Assembly (NCBI GenBank): GCA_902540995.1
Contig: CACBOY010000005.1
Span: 19,449-83,448 of the forward strand
DNA: 64,000 nucleotides
Origin: an uncultured SAR86 cluster bacterium
Lineage (GTDB): Bacteria; Pseudomonadota; Gammaproteobacteria; Magnimaribacterales; AG-339-G14
Reading direction: 5' to 3'
The notes beneath the pieces are model-generated. The model saw nothing but the letters and a program-made list of their open reading frames with translations, was not told where the DNA came from and made no database searches. Below, in pieces: positions 31,401 through 41,156 of the stretch; within the stretch, counting starts at the first letter, position 1; every line of letters begins with the position of its first letter. The translations under genes were made by a program, and so were the position numbers.

Positions 31401-32208
31401 ACAGCTCTTACCTTTTGAATTAAGTAAACCTGCTACAGCCTACGGTACAAAGGCTGATGTTTGTTACTTACTAGGTCTAGCTCAACAGACAGATTATGAT
31501 AACAACCCAGGTCCTAACACTTGTCTTCCAGTAACTGCAGGTGGAACTGCCCCAGGAGATACTTTGATCTATTCTCCACAAGTCACTCAAATTGCTGTTC
31601 CGGGAGTAGGAGCTGTAACTATTGCAGGACCTGATGGAACACTGCTTCCTTCGGTAGCAGTTGTTGGCTCAGGCGCTTCTGCTCAAACTGGTGGAGTATG
31701 TAAACTATTCAATGCCATGGTTGCACACGCAGATTCAGTAACGGGTAACGGAACTGGAGATGCTAATGAACTAGCATATGCAGCTAACGCTACTTGTGCG
31801 AATACTGCTGCTGGTGCTGGACAGTTTGTAACCGACGGTATTCAGGCTGATGTTACAGGTAACCAAATGCCTTTTGCAGACATGACTTTGTCTATGGGTA
31901 TTGCTTACACTGCTCAAGCTGGCAATCTTGAAATAACTCCAAGATTGGACTACTACTACAGATCTGATTCTTACAACACTATTTATAACATTGAAGCGAC
32001 TAAGACTCCTGCATGGGATGAAATAAACTTCTCGTTAGATATTGTTCCTACAGACGCAGATTGGAATATTAGATTCTGGGCTCAAAACCTTACCGATGAA
32101 AGAAACCTCACCGGTACTGGTTATACTGCCGATTCTCAATCTTTCACTCTTACAGCGTTTGTTAGAGAGCCAAGATCTTTTGGAATGTCTTTTGGATTAA
32201 ACTTCTAA
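28447..32208 (+). CDS. Large TonB-dependent outer-membrane receptor
   Basis: Signal peptide ending AFA; TonB box EEVIVTAQR; plug IEVLRGPQGTLFGRNSTGGVIN; YAKGFKGGGFN; C-terminal PRSFGMSFGLNF. Confidence 0.95.
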   Translation: MSRFLKISAALVGSFIVSTTAFAQSTIEEVIVTAQRTEQSLQSVPIAVSAFTAEALEERQIEVSSDLQLQVPGITFSASTFSGGGGFSIRGITNFATAASADAGVEIHMNGLPLGSTSANEVGFLDMARIEVLRGPQGTLFGRNSTGGVINLITARPDLDAFSGSTKLQYASDGEKLVNVMFNVPLSDSLGARFAFRNFERDGITKNLYSKASSDFDSRDNYQWRASFAWEPTDDLTLTLIHEAYDEESNRQQISGSFCETGSSLVQGCLIGGKNVFQAPHPMSNASTLPALAGGALGYYLPNVTNGSTATTNYNPSTAASVNWGLVDAGTRPQDFFEANDWKSPTHDVQESTSQIILENDFDQGTLTVAYNNKKRQFYRDLGSASDEAIAQRLNPALFGTAGLPMGFSNEVITPACKVDEFKAGVFCGPQGMAVNPATKAASFNYPVSGDASYSNNHSRTTEVKFVSDMDGMFNFLIGAIDISNNTSTGYNVYASGISLNGYALPATIQNSYREGYSAMFICSQLGVGATIPGTTATCDAGTVAKGERLVATAAKVKAAAGLPAAVPLAYVTADMIARIDGTYTEFFNNDTADYALDAQAIFTEFYFDVADNHKLTFGLRYNEDRKSIKARATFYEIPLISNWNADALAAGCGLQANGTYGSFGIDSTTLAPDGTFTEACQTKGDANTIGQTIGLAPVPVTGATGTGAMPLIEALDPYNDDYTAVGYNPIKNFSATTGRLVWDWQATDDVLMFISYAKGFKGGGFNPAFNPAEFPNTPFAFDSTDVDAFEIGVKAAVPEIGLIANASIYYNDFTNFHVGAIRNQTAINEGIPLENMGAELELLLTPPSVPGLTFNMAFSYADSELGAFKNINPTDVGGHLRGDAASSKWHLAKNVGNATHVLLDRDATGYTFGKVLQTQLSIAGATAGLTDAGAIATATQNAITQLIAGGNEIAYAMGCVKDNTGAGGCDFGGAGPKFVASDLLQLLPFELSKPATAYGTKADVCYLLGLAQQTDYDNNPGPNTCLPVTAGGTAPGDTLIYSPQVTQIAVPGVGAVTIAGPDGTLLPSVAVVGSGASAQTGGVCKLFNAMVAHADSVTGNGTGDANELAYAANATCANTAAGAGQFVTDGIQADVTGNQMPFADMTLSMGIAYTAQAGNLEITPRLDYYYRSDSYNTIYNIEATKTPAWDEINFSLDIVPTDADWNIRFWAQNLTDERNLTGTGYTADSQSFTLTAFVREPRSFGMSFGLNF

Positions 32209-32219
32209 AAGAAATCTAG

Positions 32220-32254
32220 AAAAAAAACCCTTGCCTTGGCAAGGGTTTTTTTTT
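32220..32254. terminator. Rho-independent terminator, potentially bidirectional
   Basis: A8-CCCTTGCC-TT-GGCAAGGG-T9, 11 nt after the receptor stop codon. Confidence 0.92.
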
Positions 32255-32312
32255 GTTAGTAATCAAGCTAATTAATCTTTATAATCAAACTTCAATTTAA
32301 ATAGGAGATTTT

Positions 32313-33506
32313 ATGAGAAACGTAGTTATCGTTGATAGTGTCCGAACTGGACTAGCTAAATCTTTCCGAGGGGGATTCAACCAAACACGTGCGGATAATA
32401 TGACGGCACATTTGGTCAATGCTTTATTAGAAAGAAATCCTGGATTAGATCCTTCTATGGTAGAAGATATGATCTTAGGTTGCGGAGCACCAGAAGGTGC
32501 CCAAGGTCACAACATTGCTAGAAATGTTGCAGTGTTATCTAAATTACCCATTGAAGTAGGGGGAACTACCGTAAACAGATATTGCTCTTCTGGTTTGCAA
32601 ACCGTTGCAATGGCTGCAACTCAGGTCCAAAGTGGCTTTAGCGACTGTATTATTGCTGGAGGAGTGGAATCCATCTCTACTACTCAAGGAAACACCAACA
32701 TGCATATGTACGTGAACGAGCAACTTGCTGCTGATGTTCCAGGCATTTACCACGCTATGGGTCAAACGGCTGAATGTGTTGCAAAACGTTACAATGTGAC
32801 TCGAGAAGCACAAGACGAGTATGCTCTTTCTAGTCAACAAAGAACGGCTGCAGCTCAAGAGGCTGGTTACTATGACGATGAAATAGTACCAATGGATACA
32901 GTTATGAAATTGGTAAACAAAGAGTCTGGTGAAGAAAAAGACGTTGAAGTTACAGTAGATCGAGATGACTGTAATCGTCCAGAAACTACTATTGAAGGCT
33001 TATCTTCTTTAAAACCTGTCTTTGATCCTGAAAACGGTTCTGTGACTGCTGGTAATTCTTCTCAATTATCTGATGGCGCTTCAGTCACTTTGGTAATGAG
33101 CGAGGAAAAAGCCCTTGAGCTTGGATTAACTCCAAAACTTTATTTCAGAGGCTTTACAGTTGTTGGTTGTCAACCAGATGAGATGGGAATTGGTCCAGTG
33201 TACTCTATTCCGAAGCTTCTCAAGTCAGCTGACTTAAAACTTGAAGACATAGACTTATGGGAATTAAACGAAGCGTTTGCTTCCCAGGTGGTTTACATTA
33301 GGGACAAACTTGGTCTTCCTAGCGAAAAACTGAATGTCAATGGTGGATCAATTTCTATTGGACATCCTTTTGGCATGACAGGCTCTCGTCAAGTTGGGCA
33401 CGTTGCTAGAGAGCTTAATAGAAGAGGCGGTAAATACGGTATCGTAACCATGTGTGTTGGGGGCGGTATGGGAGCCACAGGCCTTTTCGAAGCATACAAC
33501 TCCTAA
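32313..33506 (+). CDS. Acetyl-CoA C-acyltransferase (thiolase)
   Basis: NRYCSSG (catalytic Cys), NEAFA, GHPFG, CVGGGMG; SD AGGAG. Confidence 0.95.
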   Translation: MRNVVIVDSVRTGLAKSFRGGFNQTRADNMTAHLVNALLERNPGLDPSMVEDMILGCGAPEGAQGHNIARNVAVLSKLPIEVGGTTVNRYCSSGLQTVAMAATQVQSGFSDCIIAGGVESISTTQGNTNMHMYVNEQLAADVPGIYHAMGQTAECVAKRYNVTREAQDEYALSSQQRTAAAQEAGYYDDEIVPMDTVMKLVNKESGEEKDVEVTVDRDDCNRPETTIEGLSSLKPVFDPENGSVTAGNSSQLSDGASVTLVMSEEKALELGLTPKLYFRGFTVVGCQPDEMGIGPVYSIPKLLKSADLKLEDIDLWELNEAFASQVVYIRDKLGLPSEKLNVNGGSISIGHPFGMTGSRQVGHVARELNRRGGKYGIVTMCVGGGMGATGLFEAYNS

Positions 33507-33524
33507 TCTTTTGTCCGATTCTAA

Positions 33525-34475
33525 ATGAAAGAATCGGATGAATTTTTAGTTCTTCAAAAATACTTTAAAAATCTGGGGAGTCAATTCAATGACTCCTCAG
33601 GTATTTTATTGGGTCCTGGAGATGACGCTGGTCTATTTACAGTAAAAAAAAATGACCTGATTTTCTCTACAGATGTTTCCAATTCAGACGTTCACTTTCC
33701 GAAAGACTTAGCCCCCGAGCATATTGCTTTTCGGTCTTGCGCTGTGGCAGCTAGCGATATCCCAGCTTGTGGTGGAACTCTTAAGTGGCTTTCTATTAGT
33801 CTTGTAACGCCAAGTAAAAATCTTGATTGGCTAAAACAATTTGCGAAAGGCTTAAACCTCTTCACTAAAAGTTATCAAGTGCCGATTATTGGTGGAGACT
33901 TAGTAAAAGGAAAAGAATGCTCGGTATCGATCGGAGTATGTGGAGAAGTAAGTCGTAAAGAGTTTCTTTCTAGAGATGGTGCAAAAGTTGGGGACTCAAT
34001 TTATGTAAGTGGAAGTCTAGGTCTTGCTAAGTTAGGATTAAAAATAATTACTTCGAAGAAGAAAAAACTAACTGTTAAAGAAAAAAAATACGTTAAAAAA
34101 TTTCTTCAGCCCAAAGTACATACGTTGCTCGGAAAAAACTTAAGAAGCATCGCAACTAGCTGTATTGATATTTCCGATGGATTGCTTGGTGATTTGGGTC
34201 ATATTTGTCAGCGAAGCAATCTCGGAGCAAAAATAGATTTAGATTTAATACCTTATGAAGGAATTTACAATGAAGCCCTAACTTGGGGAGACGATTATGA
34301 ACTTTGTTTTACTGTTCCAAAGAATAAGGAATCAAAACTTAATAAATTACTCAGTAAACTTAAGCTTAAAAAGTTTAAAATTGGTGAAATCGTTAAAGGG
34401 AAGGGCATAAAGGTTGTTCAAGATAATAAAGAAATCAAACTGAATAGAAAAAGTTACAATCATTTTGCTTCATGA
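33525..34475 (+). CDS. thiL: Thiamine-monophosphate kinase
   Basis: GPGDDA, SD, GGDL, RDGAKVGD, CIDISDGL, GDDYELCF. Confidence 0.93.
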   Translation: MKESDEFLVLQKYFKNLGSQFNDSSGILLGPGDDAGLFTVKKNDLIFSTDVSNSDVHFPKDLAPEHIAFRSCAVAASDIPACGGTLKWLSISLVTPSKNLDWLKQFAKGLNLFTKSYQVPIIGGDLVKGKECSVSIGVCGEVSRKEFLSRDGAKVGDSIYVSGSLGLAKLGLKIITSKKKKLTVKEKKYVKKFLQPKVHTLLGKNLRSIATSCIDISDGLLGDLGHICQRSNLGAKIDLDLIPYEGIYNEALTWGDDYELCFTVPKNKESKLNKLLSKLKLKKFKIGEIVKGKGIKVVQDNKEIKLNRKSYNHFAS

Positions 34476-34996
34476 GTACTTTTCCAAATTTGAAAAAATT
34501 TTCCCATCTTTCAGCTACTTTTTTTGGGGTAGGTCTTTTACCCTTTGCTCCTGGAACTTGGGGCTCTTTTGCAGCCTTGATATTATTCTTTGGCTTTATC
34601 TATTTTCAGGTAAGTTTTTTTAATTTTCTCTTTATTTTTCTTTTATTTTCTCTGGCATCAATACTTATCTGTGAAATAGCTTCCAAAGATTTACTTGAAA
34701 GGGACCATAAAGCGATTGTAATTGACGAAGTAGCTGGAGCATGGCTTTCCTTTCTGTTTATACCAACCTTAGGAATCTATAATTTTTCAACTTCTGAATG
34801 GCAAAAGGAATCTTATCTTGCTGCTATGATTTTTTTTGTTCTATTTCGCTTTTTTGATATTTTAAAACCTCATCCAATTTCTATGATTGATAAGAAATTT
34901 AAGTCAGGGTTTGGTATTGTTTTAGATGATTTAGTGGCAGGAGTTTTTGCTGGTTTGACTTTATTAGGCGGAAACTTTTTTCTTCAAATCTTTTAA
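34472..34996 (+). CDS. pgpA: Phosphatidylglycerophosphatase A
   Basis: APGTWGS, IVIDEVAG, LFRFFDILKP, LDDLVAG. Confidence 0.95.
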   Translation: MSTFPNLKKFSHLSATFFGVGLLPFAPGTWGSFAALILFFGFIYFQVSFFNFLFIFLLFSLASILICEIASKDLLERDHKAIVIDEVAGAWLSFLFIPTLGIYNFSTSEWQKESYLAAMIFFVLFRFFDILKPHPISMIDKKFKSGFGIVLDDLVAGVFAGLTLLGGNFFLQIF

Positions 34997-36853
34997 ATCT
35001 AGCTCTAGGGAGAGTTTTTCCAAAATTTTATTTTTTGATAAGCCTGCAGCCTCTCTTTGATCTTCCTGACTTCCCACAATAGGGAAATCATCTGGTACAC
35101 CAAAAATCTTGAGTTTATCTGAATATCCAATTTTTGTAAGGTATTCATTTACCGCTGATCCAGCTCCACCAGAAATAACATTCTCTTCAATTGTAATAAT
35201 GTACTTGTGTGTCTTTGCGTACTTTTCAATAAGTTTTTCATCAAGAGGCTTGATGAATCTCATATCTACTAGTGAACAGCCTATTTCATCTGAAATTTCC
35301 ATGGACACGTTTAACATATTCCCAAAAGAGAAAATAACCAAATCTGACAATGCTTCATTTATCACTCTTGCTTTACCAATTTCTAGCAAATCAAAGCTTT
35401 TTGAAATTTCTGTACCAGGACCTTCTCCTCTAGGATATCGAATAGCTGCTGGACCTGAATGGTTGTATCCAGTTGAAAGCATTTTCCAACATTCGTTTTC
35501 GTCTGAGGGACTCATAATAACCATATTTGGTATGCATCTTAAATAAGAAACATCAAAAATACCTGCATGAGTCGCGCCGTCTCCACCAACGAAACCAGCT
35601 CTATCAATTGCCAAAGTCACATCTAATTTTTGCAAAGCAACATCATGGATTAATTGATCATATGCTCTTTGTAAAAATGTGGAATAGATAGCAAGAATTG
35701 GTTTTTTTCCTTCTTTAGCCAACCCTGCAGCAAATGTCATGCTGTGTTGCTCAGCAATAGCAACATCGTAAAATTTATCTGGATTTTTTTCTGCAAAATC
35801 ATTCATACCTGATCCTTCTGACATTGCAGGGGTAATAGCTACCAAGTCATCATCACCTTCACCAACTTTTTTTGATAGCCAATCGCCAAAAACTTCGGAA
35901 TATTTTTTTCCATTTGTTGTTTTTGTATTTTTTTCGATTTTATTCAAAGCATGATATCCAATTGGGTTTTTTTCTGCCGGCAAAAAACCTTTTCCTTTTT
36001 GGGTTATTAAATGTAAAAGTTTTGGACCCTTAAGATCTTTTAAATTTTGTAAGGTTTTTAGCATCTCATTTAAGTTATGACCATCCATTGGCCCAATGTA
36101 GTTAAACCCCAATTCCTCAAAGAGGGTTCCTGGCGCTAACATTCCTTTGAAATGTGTCTCTGCTCTTTTAGCAAAGTTTTTAGCGGATGGTATAAATCTT
36201 AAAGCTGTTTTTCCTCCTTCTCTGATGGAAGTGTAAAGTTTACTTGCCCAAATTCTTGCAAGATAGTTTGAAAACCCTCCTATATTTTTTGAGATCGACA
36301 TGCTGTTATCATTGAGAATCACCAAAATATCAGAATCAAGTGATCCAGCATGAGCTAAAGCTTCATAAGCCATACCGGCAGTCATAGCGCCATCGCCAAT
36401 TATTGCTACATGGTTTTTCTCTGGTTTTGCGATTGCCATACCCAGTGCTGCACTTATTGAGGTACTTGAGTGTCCGGTACCAAAAGAATCATAAATACTC
36501 TCCTGTATATTTGTAAAAGGATGCAAACCATCTTTTGATCTAACAGTAGAAATTTCTTTTTTTCTACCGGTTATAATTTTATGTGGATAACTCTGATGTC
36601 CAACGTCCCAAATTAAGTTATCTTCAGGTGCATTAAAAATATAGTGTAAAGCAATGGTTAGTTCAATGACGCCCAGACCAGCTCCAAAATGACCACCACT
36701 CTTAGCAACAGAATAAATCAAAAACTCTCTTAATTCGTCAGCTACCTGACGGAGCTCTTTTTTGGTTAATTGCTTTAAATCAGAAGGGTAATTAACCTTA
36801 TCAAGCAACGGAGTGACAGGAAGAGATTTTGGAATTTCTGAATAAGTTTTCAT
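34964..36853 (-). CDS. dxs: 1-deoxy-D-xylulose-5-phosphate synthase
   Basis: WDVGHQSYPHK, GHSSTS, GDGAMTAG, IAEQH, YSTFLQR, DGATH, IRYPRG. Confidence 0.97.
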   Translation of the reverse strand: MKTYSEIPKSLPVTPLLDKVNYPSDLKQLTKKELRQVADELREFLIYSVAKSGGHFGAGLGVIELTIALHYIFNAPEDNLIWDVGHQSYPHKIITGRKKEISTVRSKDGLHPFTNIQESIYDSFGTGHSSTSISAALGMAIAKPEKNHVAIIGDGAMTAGMAYEALAHAGSLDSDILVILNDNSMSISKNIGGFSNYLARIWASKLYTSIREGGKTALRFIPSAKNFAKRAETHFKGMLAPGTLFEELGFNYIGPMDGHNLNEMLKTLQNLKDLKGPKLLHLITQKGKGFLPAEKNPIGYHALNKIEKNTKTTNGKKYSEVFGDWLSKKVGEGDDDLVAITPAMSEGSGMNDFAEKNPDKFYDVAIAEQHSMTFAAGLAKEGKKPILAIYSTFLQRAYDQLIHDVALQKLDVTLAIDRAGFVGGDGATHAGIFDVSYLRCIPNMVIMSPSDENECWKMLSTGYNHSGPAAIRYPRGEGPGTEISKSFDLLEIGKARVINEALSDLVIFSFGNMLNVSMEISDEIGCSLVDMRFIKPLDEKLIEKYAKTHKYIITIEENVISGGAGSAVNEYLTKIGYSDKLKIFGVPDDFPIVGSQEDQREAAGLSKNKILEKLSLELDLKDLKKKVSA

Positions 36854-37773
36854 TATTTATCTCTCAAAATTATAAATTTTGATAATTTAACTAGATTCTC
36901 CGTATTATAAGGGAGCTTTGATAAAATTTTTAAAGCATCAAAACATAATTTTTCAGCTCTTTCTTGAGATGCTTTAAGGCCAATAATGGCTGGGTAAGTG
37001 GCTTTATTTTTTTCTGCATCGGAATTTAGGGGCTTGCCTATTTTCTTTTCGTCTCCAAGAATATCTAAGATATCATCCTTGATTTGAAACGCTAACCCAA
37101 ATTTTCTAGCAAAATTCAAAAAAGCTTTTACATCTTTTTTTAACAGCCCATCTTTAAGAATACATATAGACTCTACACAAGCTTCAATTAGCTTGCCTGT
37201 TTTTAAATAATGCATTTCATCCAAGTCTTTAATGTTAATTTTTTTTCCTTCTGCAGCTAAATCTCTACTTTGTCCCTCAACCATTCCCTTTGGTCCACAA
37301 GCCTTTGCAAAAAGATTTATGATTTTAAGTTTTTGGTCTGGCTTAAGTTTTTCATCTTTAATGGTTGTCAAAATTTCTAATGCAAGAGGTTGAATTGCAT
37401 CTCCAGCTAAAATTGCTGTAGCTTCATCAAATTTTTTATGACAAGAAAGCTTACCTCTTCTGAAATCGTCATCATCCATTGAGGGCAAATCATCATGTAT
37501 CAAAGAGTAACAATGAATTAATTCACCCGCAGCTGCCATTAAGTCAATAGTTTTTGGACTTACATCAACTTTTAGAGCTTCAGCCATTAGCAAGACAAGT
37601 TGTGGTCTAATTCTTTTTCCTCCATTTAAAACAGAATAATGAATGGCCTTAGAAATTTTCGAATAATTTTTTGGAGGTAAAGACTTTAGAATAGCTTTAT
37701 CAATCCTTTTTAAGTTTTTTTTTAAAAAGGGTAGATCTTTTAGAGCTAAAACTTCTGGATTATTTGTCATCAA
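36853..37773 (-). CDS. ispA: Farnesyl diphosphate synthase
   Basis: [42 protein letters not shown]. Confidence 0.95.
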   Translation of the reverse strand: MMTNNPEVLALKDLPFLKKNLKRIDKAILKSLPPKNYSKISKAIHYSVLNGGKRIRPQLVLLMAEALKVDVSPKTIDLMAAAGELIHCYSLIHDDLPSMDDDDFRRGKLSCHKKFDEATAILAGDAIQPLALEILTTIKDEKLKPDQKLKIINLFAKACGPKGMVEGQSRDLAAEGKKINIKDLDEMHYLKTGKLIEACVESICILKDGLLKKDVKAFLNFARKFGLAFQIKDDILDILGDEKKIGKPLNSDAEKNKATYPAIIGLKASQERAEKLCFDALKILSKLPYNTENLVKLSKFIILRDK

Positions 37774-38002
37774 AATCTTCTAGATCAAGCGTGCCATCAT
37801 CTTTTTCTAAAAGCTTTTGAATTTTTAATTCAGCTTTGGTGAGAAGTTCTTGACAGTGTTTAGTTAACTTTACTCCCTCTTCAAAAGTTTTAATTGATTC
37901 GTTCAAGGGTAAATCACCATCTTCAAGTGCTTCAATGATATTTTCAAGTTTTGCTAAAGATTTTTCGAAATCTAAATTCTTTTCTTTGGACTTATCGTTC
38001 AC
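37760..38002 (-). CDS. xseB: Exodeoxyribonuclease VII small subunit
   Basis: [27 protein letters not shown]; xseB-ispA-dxs order. Confidence 0.95.
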   Translation of the reverse strand: MNDKSKEKNLDFEKSLAKLENIIEALEDGDLPLNESIKTFEEGVKLTKHCQELLTKAELKIQKLLEKDDGTLDLEDFDDK

Positions 38003-41000
38003 TTGCTGTCTTAGTAAATGTATTTTTTATGTTATTAAAAGTATCTTTAATAGCTACAGGTAGCATAAGCCAACAAGGAGTCAAGAACAAGGTTATTGCG
38101 GAGGCAAAGGTCAGACCACTTACCACAGCAAACGACATAGGTTGCCACCATTCAGAGACTCTCCCGCCTATCTCAATATTCCTTTGATAAAAATCGACTC
38201 CAATTCCTGAAGCTAATGGCAATAAACCAATAACGGTGGTTGCTGTAGTCAAAATGATAGGTCTCAGTCTTTGTGCCGCGGTACGAACTACAATTTCTTC
38301 TCTAGATAAATCTGGATTTTCTTTTGAGATAACATTATAGGTGTCTACCAGAACAATATTATTGTTCACAACAATACCTGCCAAGGCAATAATTCCTAGA
38401 CTGGTAAATAAAGCACTTGATATTTGTTGAGTAACTAATAAGCCCAGAAAAACTCCGTTGGTAGACAAAATAACGGCTGAAACAATTATGAAAACTTGAT
38501 AAAAGCTATTTAGTTGAATCATCAATAAAATTGACATCAAAAATATACCAACGATAAAGGCAAATACAAAGAAAGCTGAATTTGCATCCGATTCTGCTTG
38601 TTGGCCACCAAATCTGAATTGCAATTTTTCATACTCATTATTGTCTTCTATCCATTGCTCAATTTTTGGAATGACATCCTCTACTAAAGCTCCTTTTTGA
38701 TATTCAGCTGCAACAGTAAAGGCTCTTTCTCCAGAAACCCTTCTGATAGAAGGTGGTATATAGGCCGGAACAACTTCCACAAAACTGCTCAATGGAGCTT
38801 GCCCAAATCTTGTATTCACCGTCAAATCATCAAACTGATCTAATCTTCTTTGCTCTGCAGGAAATCTCACTCTGATATCTACTTCTTCGTCTAGATCTTC
38901 GGGTCTATATTCTCCAACTTTCACACCCGCGGTCATAAATTGTATTGCAGCACCTATATCTTGAGTTGTGACTCCAAATTGCTTAGCTTTTTCTTTATCT
39001 ATTTTGATTGTCCATTTCAGAAGATTTGTTGGAATGGTGTTGTAGATATTTTTAGCTCCCGGAATGGAATCCTTCATATAATCGGTAAGAGCTATGGTTG
39101 CATCAGTTACCATATCGAAATCCCTACCAAATATATCTATTTCAATAGGGGAATCAGTTGGTGGACCATTTTCTCTAAGTTTTGCGTTTACAACTAAACC
39201 CGGAATATCCTGTGTTTTTTCTAAAAGTTCATCATAGACATCCCAACCTGTACGGTTGAGATCTTTTTCAAAAGGCATTTCAATAAAAATGGTTCCTATT
39301 TCGTCTGAATTACCTCTATCCCTTGGATCTGCAACACCATTCATATTTAGAGATATAGAACTCGGACCTGGAATACTCATCACAATATCTTCAATCTCTT
39401 TTAAAAAACCCAATTTTTCCATTTCACCAAAACTACCTCTGCCTTCAATTTTTACTTCCATTTCAAGGGGCTCTTCTTCAATAAAAAATCTACTTCCAGG
39501 GGCATGCTGGCTGTAGAGTATATAAATAGTTGTTACAGTAAAAATTATAAAAACTATAAATTTTCCAGGAGATTGAATAACTTTTGTTAATGCTCGAGCA
39601 TAAAATCCTGTAAAACCATCTATTTTAGTAGGATCGCCGTTTTCAAGAATACTGGCATTTTGTAAAGTCTTAGACTTTCTTATTCCTAAATTACCAAATC
39701 TAGATCCTATTGCCGGAGTAAATACCAAGGCATACAAAATTGATCCCAATAAGACAATAAACAACGTGACAATCATGGGTCTTAAAAACTGGCCAGATAC
39801 ACCAGGCATAAAAAACATTGGAACAAATATTGATAAAGTGGTTCCTATAGAAATTGTTACGGGCCAAAACATTCTCTTTGTCGAAAATTTGTAGGCCGAA
39901 ATTCTATCGAGCCCTTCAGCCATCTTCCTATCAGCATACTCGACCACAACAACGCAACCATCGATTAACATCCCTAAAGATATCAACAGTCCAAAACAAA
40001 CCATAAAGTTAAAGGTGTAATCTATGGCAGCGAGAAAAATTGAAGCAAAAAGAAAACATGTAGGGATGGCCATAGCAACCATTGCTGAAGACCTCAAGCC
40101 CATTGTTCCAACAACAATCGTCAATACTAAAATAAGCGCTGTAAGGATGTTTCCTCCCAACTCGGCAACCATCATTGAGGACCAGCCAGTTCTATCTTGA
40201 GTCACAATAACTTCAACTCCAGCAGGCAAATTAGGACGAAACTCGTCTAAAATAAAACTTACTTTTTTTGCTGCAACAACTTCCTTAGCATCTTGTCTTT
40301 TCATAACGGATAAAGTTACTGCATCTTTTCCATTAACTCTGGAGAAGGAGTCCCTGTCCTTAAATGTTCTTCTTAAAGTTACTAAGTCCTTGAGTGTAAT
40401 TACCTTTCCATCGCTTTCTATGATGGGAATATTTTCAACATCTGTAACATCTTCAAAAACAGAAGGTACTAATACTGAAAACTTTCCTGTAGACGATCTT
40501 AAATCACCTGCGGGGATTGCTCTATTTGCATCTCCGATGGCATTGTACAAATCCCTTGGGGAAACGCTGTAACTTTCTAATTTTGTTTTATCAATGGTGG
40601 CTTCCAACAAGTCATCTGGTACTCCTCTTAAATCAGCTTCCAAAACTTCTGGAATAGTTTCTACAGCAGTTTGAAGTTGTCTTGCAAAAGCCAATAGTTC
40701 CCTTTGGTTAGAAGAACTAGAGATTAGGTTTATATCTAATATTGGATATTCATCTAAAGTAAATTCTTTTACCATTGGATCTTCAGATTCCGACGGTAAT
40801 TCCTGCATGACTTCGTCAATAAGATTTTTAACATCTTTGACGGCAACATCTTTCGAATATTCAACCGGGAATTCTAAAATTACATAAGACATGTTTTGTC
40901 TACTGTAGGATTGAATATCTACCAATTCATCGACAGTTTTTAATTTCTGTTCTATTGGCCTGGTTAATAGTCTTTCTGCATCCTGCGCAGAGACTCCATC

Positions 41001-41156
41001 GTAGTAAGTAGAAACAAAAACATAAGGGATATTGATATCTGAGTAAGCTGATGCGGGCAATTGAATAATCGAGGTGTATCCCCAGATCAATGTAAAGGCT
41101 AAAAAAGTAAAGGTAGCCTTATAACGATCTACAAAAAAATCAATTAATGATTTCAT
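37992..41156 (-). CDS. RND transporter permease (AcrB/D/F family)
   Basis: 1054 aa; two 1+5 TM halves; [32 protein letters not shown]. Confidence 0.93.
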   Translation of the reverse strand: MKSLIDFFVDRYKATFTFLAFTLIWGYTSIIQLPASAYSDINIPYVFVSTYYDGVSAQDAERLLTRPIEQKLKTVDELVDIQSYSRQNMSYVILEFPVEYSKDVAVKDVKNLIDEVMQELPSESEDPMVKEFTLDEYPILDINLISSSSNQRELLAFARQLQTAVETIPEVLEADLRGVPDDLLEATIDKTKLESYSVSPRDLYNAIGDANRAIPAGDLRSSTGKFSVLVPSVFEDVTDVENIPIIESDGKVITLKDLVTLRRTFKDRDSFSRVNGKDAVTLSVMKRQDAKEVVAAKKVSFILDEFRPNLPAGVEVIVTQDRTGWSSMMVAELGGNILTALILVLTIVVGTMGLRSSAMVAMAIPTCFLFASIFLAAIDYTFNFMVCFGLLISLGMLIDGCVVVVEYADRKMAEGLDRISAYKFSTKRMFWPVTISIGTTLSIFVPMFFMPGVSGQFLRPMIVTLFIVLLGSILYALVFTPAIGSRFGNLGIRKSKTLQNASILENGDPTKIDGFTGFYARALTKVIQSPGKFIVFIIFTVTTIYILYSQHAPGSRFFIEEEPLEMEVKIEGRGSFGEMEKLGFLKEIEDIVMSIPGPSSISLNMNGVADPRDRGNSDEIGTIFIEMPFEKDLNRTGWDVYDELLEKTQDIPGLVVNAKLRENGPPTDSPIEIDIFGRDFDMVTDATIALTDYMKDSIPGAKNIYNTIPTNLLKWTIKIDKEKAKQFGVTTQDIGAAIQFMTAGVKVGEYRPEDLDEEVDIRVRFPAEQRRLDQFDDLTVNTRFGQAPLSSFVEVVPAYIPPSIRRVSGERAFTVAAEYQKGALVEDVIPKIEQWIEDNNEYEKLQFRFGGQQAESDANSAFFVFAFIVGIFLMSILLMIQLNSFYQVFIIVSAVILSTNGVFLGLLVTQQISSALFTSLGIIALAGIVVNNNIVLVDTYNVISKENPDLSREEIVVRTAAQRLRPIILTTATTVIGLLPLASGIGVDFYQRNIEIGGRVSEWWQPMSFAVVSGLTFASAITLFLTPCWLMLPVAIKDTFNNIKNTFTKTASER

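Noticed and set aside
28447-33506. Horizontally acquired island suggested by higher GC
   Set aside because: The shift is explained by Ala/Gly/Thr-rich protein composition and probable high-expression codon use. Third positions remain T/A-rich and no mobility genes are present.
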